Shown here one piece after another: positions 62,050 to 64,000 of a stretch of DNA of 64,000 nt. Origin of the DNA: Burkholderiales bacterium (GTDB taxonomy: Bacteria > Pseudomonadota > Gammaproteobacteria > Burkholderiales > SG8-39); assembly GCA_038206915.1 (NCBI GenBank), contig JBBRAI010000002.1, positions 5,510-69,509 on the forward strand. The letters are read 5' to 3'. The first letter of the stretch is position 1; the number at the start of each line of letters is the position of its first letter. The position numbers were made by a program, and so were the translations under genes. The notes under the pieces were generated by a model that saw only the letters and a list, made by a program, of their open reading frames with translations, made no database searches and was not told the origin of the DNA.

Positions 62050-64000
62050 ATGAAATCCAAGCTAGTCATTGCCGCCATCGGCTTCGCCCTGGCGGCGCAG
62101 GCGTTTGCCCAGGAGGATGCCGTGGTGGTCACGGGCACGCGCTTTCCGGAGAAGCGGCTCGAGCATCCGATCGGCGTAACTGTGATCACGCGCCAACAGA
62201 TTGCGGACAGCGCCGCGGCGAGCCTGCCGGAACTGCTGTCGCGCTATGCCGGCGTCAATACGCGCAACAATACGGGCAGTCCCGACGTTGCCGTGGATCT
62301 ACGCGGTTTCGGCGCGAGCGGCGACCAGAACACGCTGGTGCTGCTTGACGGCCAGCGCCTGAACGACATCGAGCTTGTGCCGGTGCGCTGGTCGGCGATT
62401 CCGCTCGATGCGATCGAGCGCGTAGAAATTCAGCGCGGCGGCGGCGCCGTGCTGTATGGAGGCGGCGCCAGCGGCGGCACCATCAACATCATCACGCGCT
62501 CGCCGATTGCAGGCGCGAAAAGTGCGACTGTCGCCGCCAGCCGCGGCTCGTATGGCACCGACGAGCTGCAAGCAGCGTTCAATCTCGCTGGAACCAATAC
62601 CGGTTTTTCGCTTTCGGCGAACCAGCACAACTCGGATGGTTACCGGGCCAACAACCGGCTGGAGCAGGGCAGCGTACTTGGCGATCTGCGCTGGACCGGA
62701 GACCGTGCCGGGCTGGTGTTCAAATTCGGACTGGACAACCAGAACTTGCGCCTGCCCGGCGCGCGCACTGCGGCCCAGTTCCAGAGCGATCCGCGCGGCA
62801 CCGCGACGCCCAACGACTACAGCGGGCGCGATGGCCAGCAGGCAACGCTCTCCGGACGCTATGCATTCGACGCGGCCGAGTTCGCCGTCGATCTTTCCTA
62901 CCGCGACACCAAGCGCACGGGATTCTTCGATGATTACAGTGGCTTCGGTTTCAGCACCTATACCGATACCCACGCCAAAGTCTGGTCGCTTACGCCGCGC
63001 GTGAAGCTGCCGTATCACATGCTAGGGCGCGACAATGTGCTCATATTCGGCATGGACGCGGACAGCTGGGACTACCGCGGCCTGCGCGCGGCGCGCTTCG
63101 AACTGCTCGGCACGCCGCAGGTCGATCTGGCCGCCACGCAGAAGGACCGCGCTTACTATGCGCAGAACGACACCGCGCTCGGCGCGGCCACCAAGCTCAC
63201 GCTCGGTGCGCGGCTGCAGCAAGTGGATATATCCGCCGATGACCGCGCCAATCCGGCGGGCTACGCCAGCGCTTCCCAGAACCGCAGCCCGCGCGCCTGG
63301 GAAATCGCTTTGCGGCACAACTTCACATCCGCGCTCGCGCTCTACGGCAAACTCGGCGCGAGCTATCGCGTCGCCACCGTGGACGAGATCTATAACCAGT
63401 TCGGCGGTCCGGTGTTCGATTCCGTGGTCACGCCGCTGGAACCGCAGACCTCGCGCGACCATGAAATCGGCGCGGAATACAAATCGGCCGCCGGAAAACT
63501 CCGCGCCAGCTGGTACCGCATGGATCTGCGTAATGAAATCCATTTCAACGCGCTTACCTTCACCAACATGAACCTGTCGCCGACGCAGCGCGAGGGATTC
63601 GAACTGGAGGGCAGCCGCAAACTGAGCGAGCGCGTCGACCTGTTCGCCAGCTACACCCATGCGCGCGCGGTGTTCCGCGAAGGTGTGTACGTGGACGCGC
63701 TGACCGGCGCCAGCATCGACTTGGGCGGAAAGAATGTGCCGCTGGTGCCGCACAACTCCGCCAGACTCGGCCTGAACTGGCAGCCGGCGGAGAAGACCCA
63801 ACTCAGCACCGTGCTGGCTTACGTCGGCAAACAGTACTACGACAACGACCAGGCCAATACCTTTCCCGGGCAGATGCCCTCGTTCGTGACTGCCGACGCC
63901 AAACTGAGCCGCATCATCGGATCCTGGACCCTGAGTGCCGCGGCGAACAATCTCACCGACAAGAAGTATTACACCTACGCGATACGCAACGGGGCCGGCA
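62050..64000 (+). CDS. TonB-dependent receptor (BtuB-like; 3' end runs off the right edge)
   Basis: Not in the ORF track because there is no stop in the window. Manual translation gives MKSKLVIAAIGFALAAQAFAQEDAVVVTGTRFPE... (signal peptide plus TonB box), a plug domain (IERVEIQRGGGAVLYGGGASGGTINIITR) and beta-barrel repeats. It is preceded by the B12 riboswitch. Confidence 0.85.
   Translation, partial: MKSKLVIAAIGFALAAQAFAQEDAVVVTGTRFPEKRLEHPIGVTVITRQQIADSAAASLPELLSRYAGVNTRNNTGSPDVAVDLRGFGASGDQNTLVLLDGQRLNDIELVPVRWSAIPLDAIERVEIQRGGGAVLYGGGASGGTINIITRSPIAGAKSATVAASRGSYGTDELQAAFNLAGTNTGFSLSANQHNSDGYRANNRLEQGSVLGDLRWTGDRAGLVFKFGLDNQNLRLPGARTAAQFQSDPRGTATPNDYSGRDGQQATLSGRYAFDAAEFAVDLSYRDTKRTGFFDDYSGFGFSTYTDTHAKVWSLTPRVKLPYHMLGRDNVLIFGMDADSWDYRGLRAARFELLGTPQVDLAATQKDRAYYAQNDTALGAATKLTLGARLQQVDISADDRANPAGYASASQNRSPRAWEIALRHNFTSALALYGKLGASYRVATVDEIYNQFGGPVFDSVVTPLEPQTSRDHEIGAEYKSAAGKLRASWYRMDLRNEIHFNALTFTNMNLSPTQREGFELEGSRKLSERVDLFASYTHARAVFREGVYVDALTGASIDLGGKNVPLVPHNSARLGLNWQPAEKTQLSTVLAYVGKQYYDNDQANTFPGQMPSFVTADAKLSRIIGSWTLSAAANNLTDKKYYTYAIRNGAG

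Noticed and set aside
61737-62189. Minus-strand ORFs (61737-62189 and 61745-61948) overlie the riboswitch.
   Set aside because: The region carries all the conserved cobalamin-riboswitch elements on the plus strand, plus the start of the TonB-dependent receptor. The ORFs are Arg/Pro-rich shadows.
1-64000. I looked across the whole window for CRISPR arrays, tRNA/rRNA genes, IS elements, integrases and phage genes.
   Set aside because: I saw no regularly spaced direct repeats, no tRNA-like or rRNA-like sequence in the intergenic regions, and no transposase or integrase-like translations in the ORF track. The accessory cluster therefore has no visible mobility genes apart from the lone ParE-like toxin.

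Overview
This is a high-GC, gene-dense bacterial chromosomal segment. Gene content and synteny (liuR-liuA, zapA-6S RNA, phaC) suggest a betaproteobacterium, but that is inference only.

The left ~35 kb is ordinary housekeeping and catabolism:
- leucine/isovalerate (liu) genes with two extra acyl-CoA dehydrogenases and a thiolase
- hemG and hemE
- an MFS transporter, an S9 peptidase, an esterase and an FKBP isomerase
- class I PHA synthase
- a Liv-type ABC importer
- two tandem dsbA genes, a SPOR protein, argS and priA
- an EVE-domain protein, zapA with a ZapB-like gene and a probable 6S RNA
- a TRAP transporter

The right ~26 kb (about 35.1-61.3 kb) is the unusual part: a compact, mostly co-directional accessory supercluster. 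It contains:
- two CmuA-architecture fusion proteins (URO-D/MtaA-like methyltransferase domain plus a B12-binding domain)
- a separate corrinoid-protein / URO-D-like methyltransferase / pterin-binding methyltransferase / RACo-type reductive activator / MetV-MetF fusion / DUF1638 operon
- two PanB (ketopantoate hydroxymethyltransferase) paralogs
- three PhyH-family Fe(II)/2-oxoglutarate dioxygenases and a membrane di-iron hydroxylase
- a QueG-like Fe-S protein and a GntR/FadR-type regulator
- two dedicated ABC importers (CUT1 sugar-type and Liv-type), with a divergently transcribed TRAP system next door

Six intergenic regions of this cluster carry a related palindrome (TGATATATCA / ACTGATAT...ATATCAGT). 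There are also two pairs of near-duplicate promoter blocks, which argues for one regulon.

The cluster ends at a lone ParE-like toxin. A cobalamin riboswitch follows, driving a TonB-dependent (BtuB-like) receptor that runs off the right edge.

I saw no CRISPR arrays, tRNA/rRNA genes, transposases or integrases. All calls come from reading the supplied translations and sequence by eye; no searches or computations were run.
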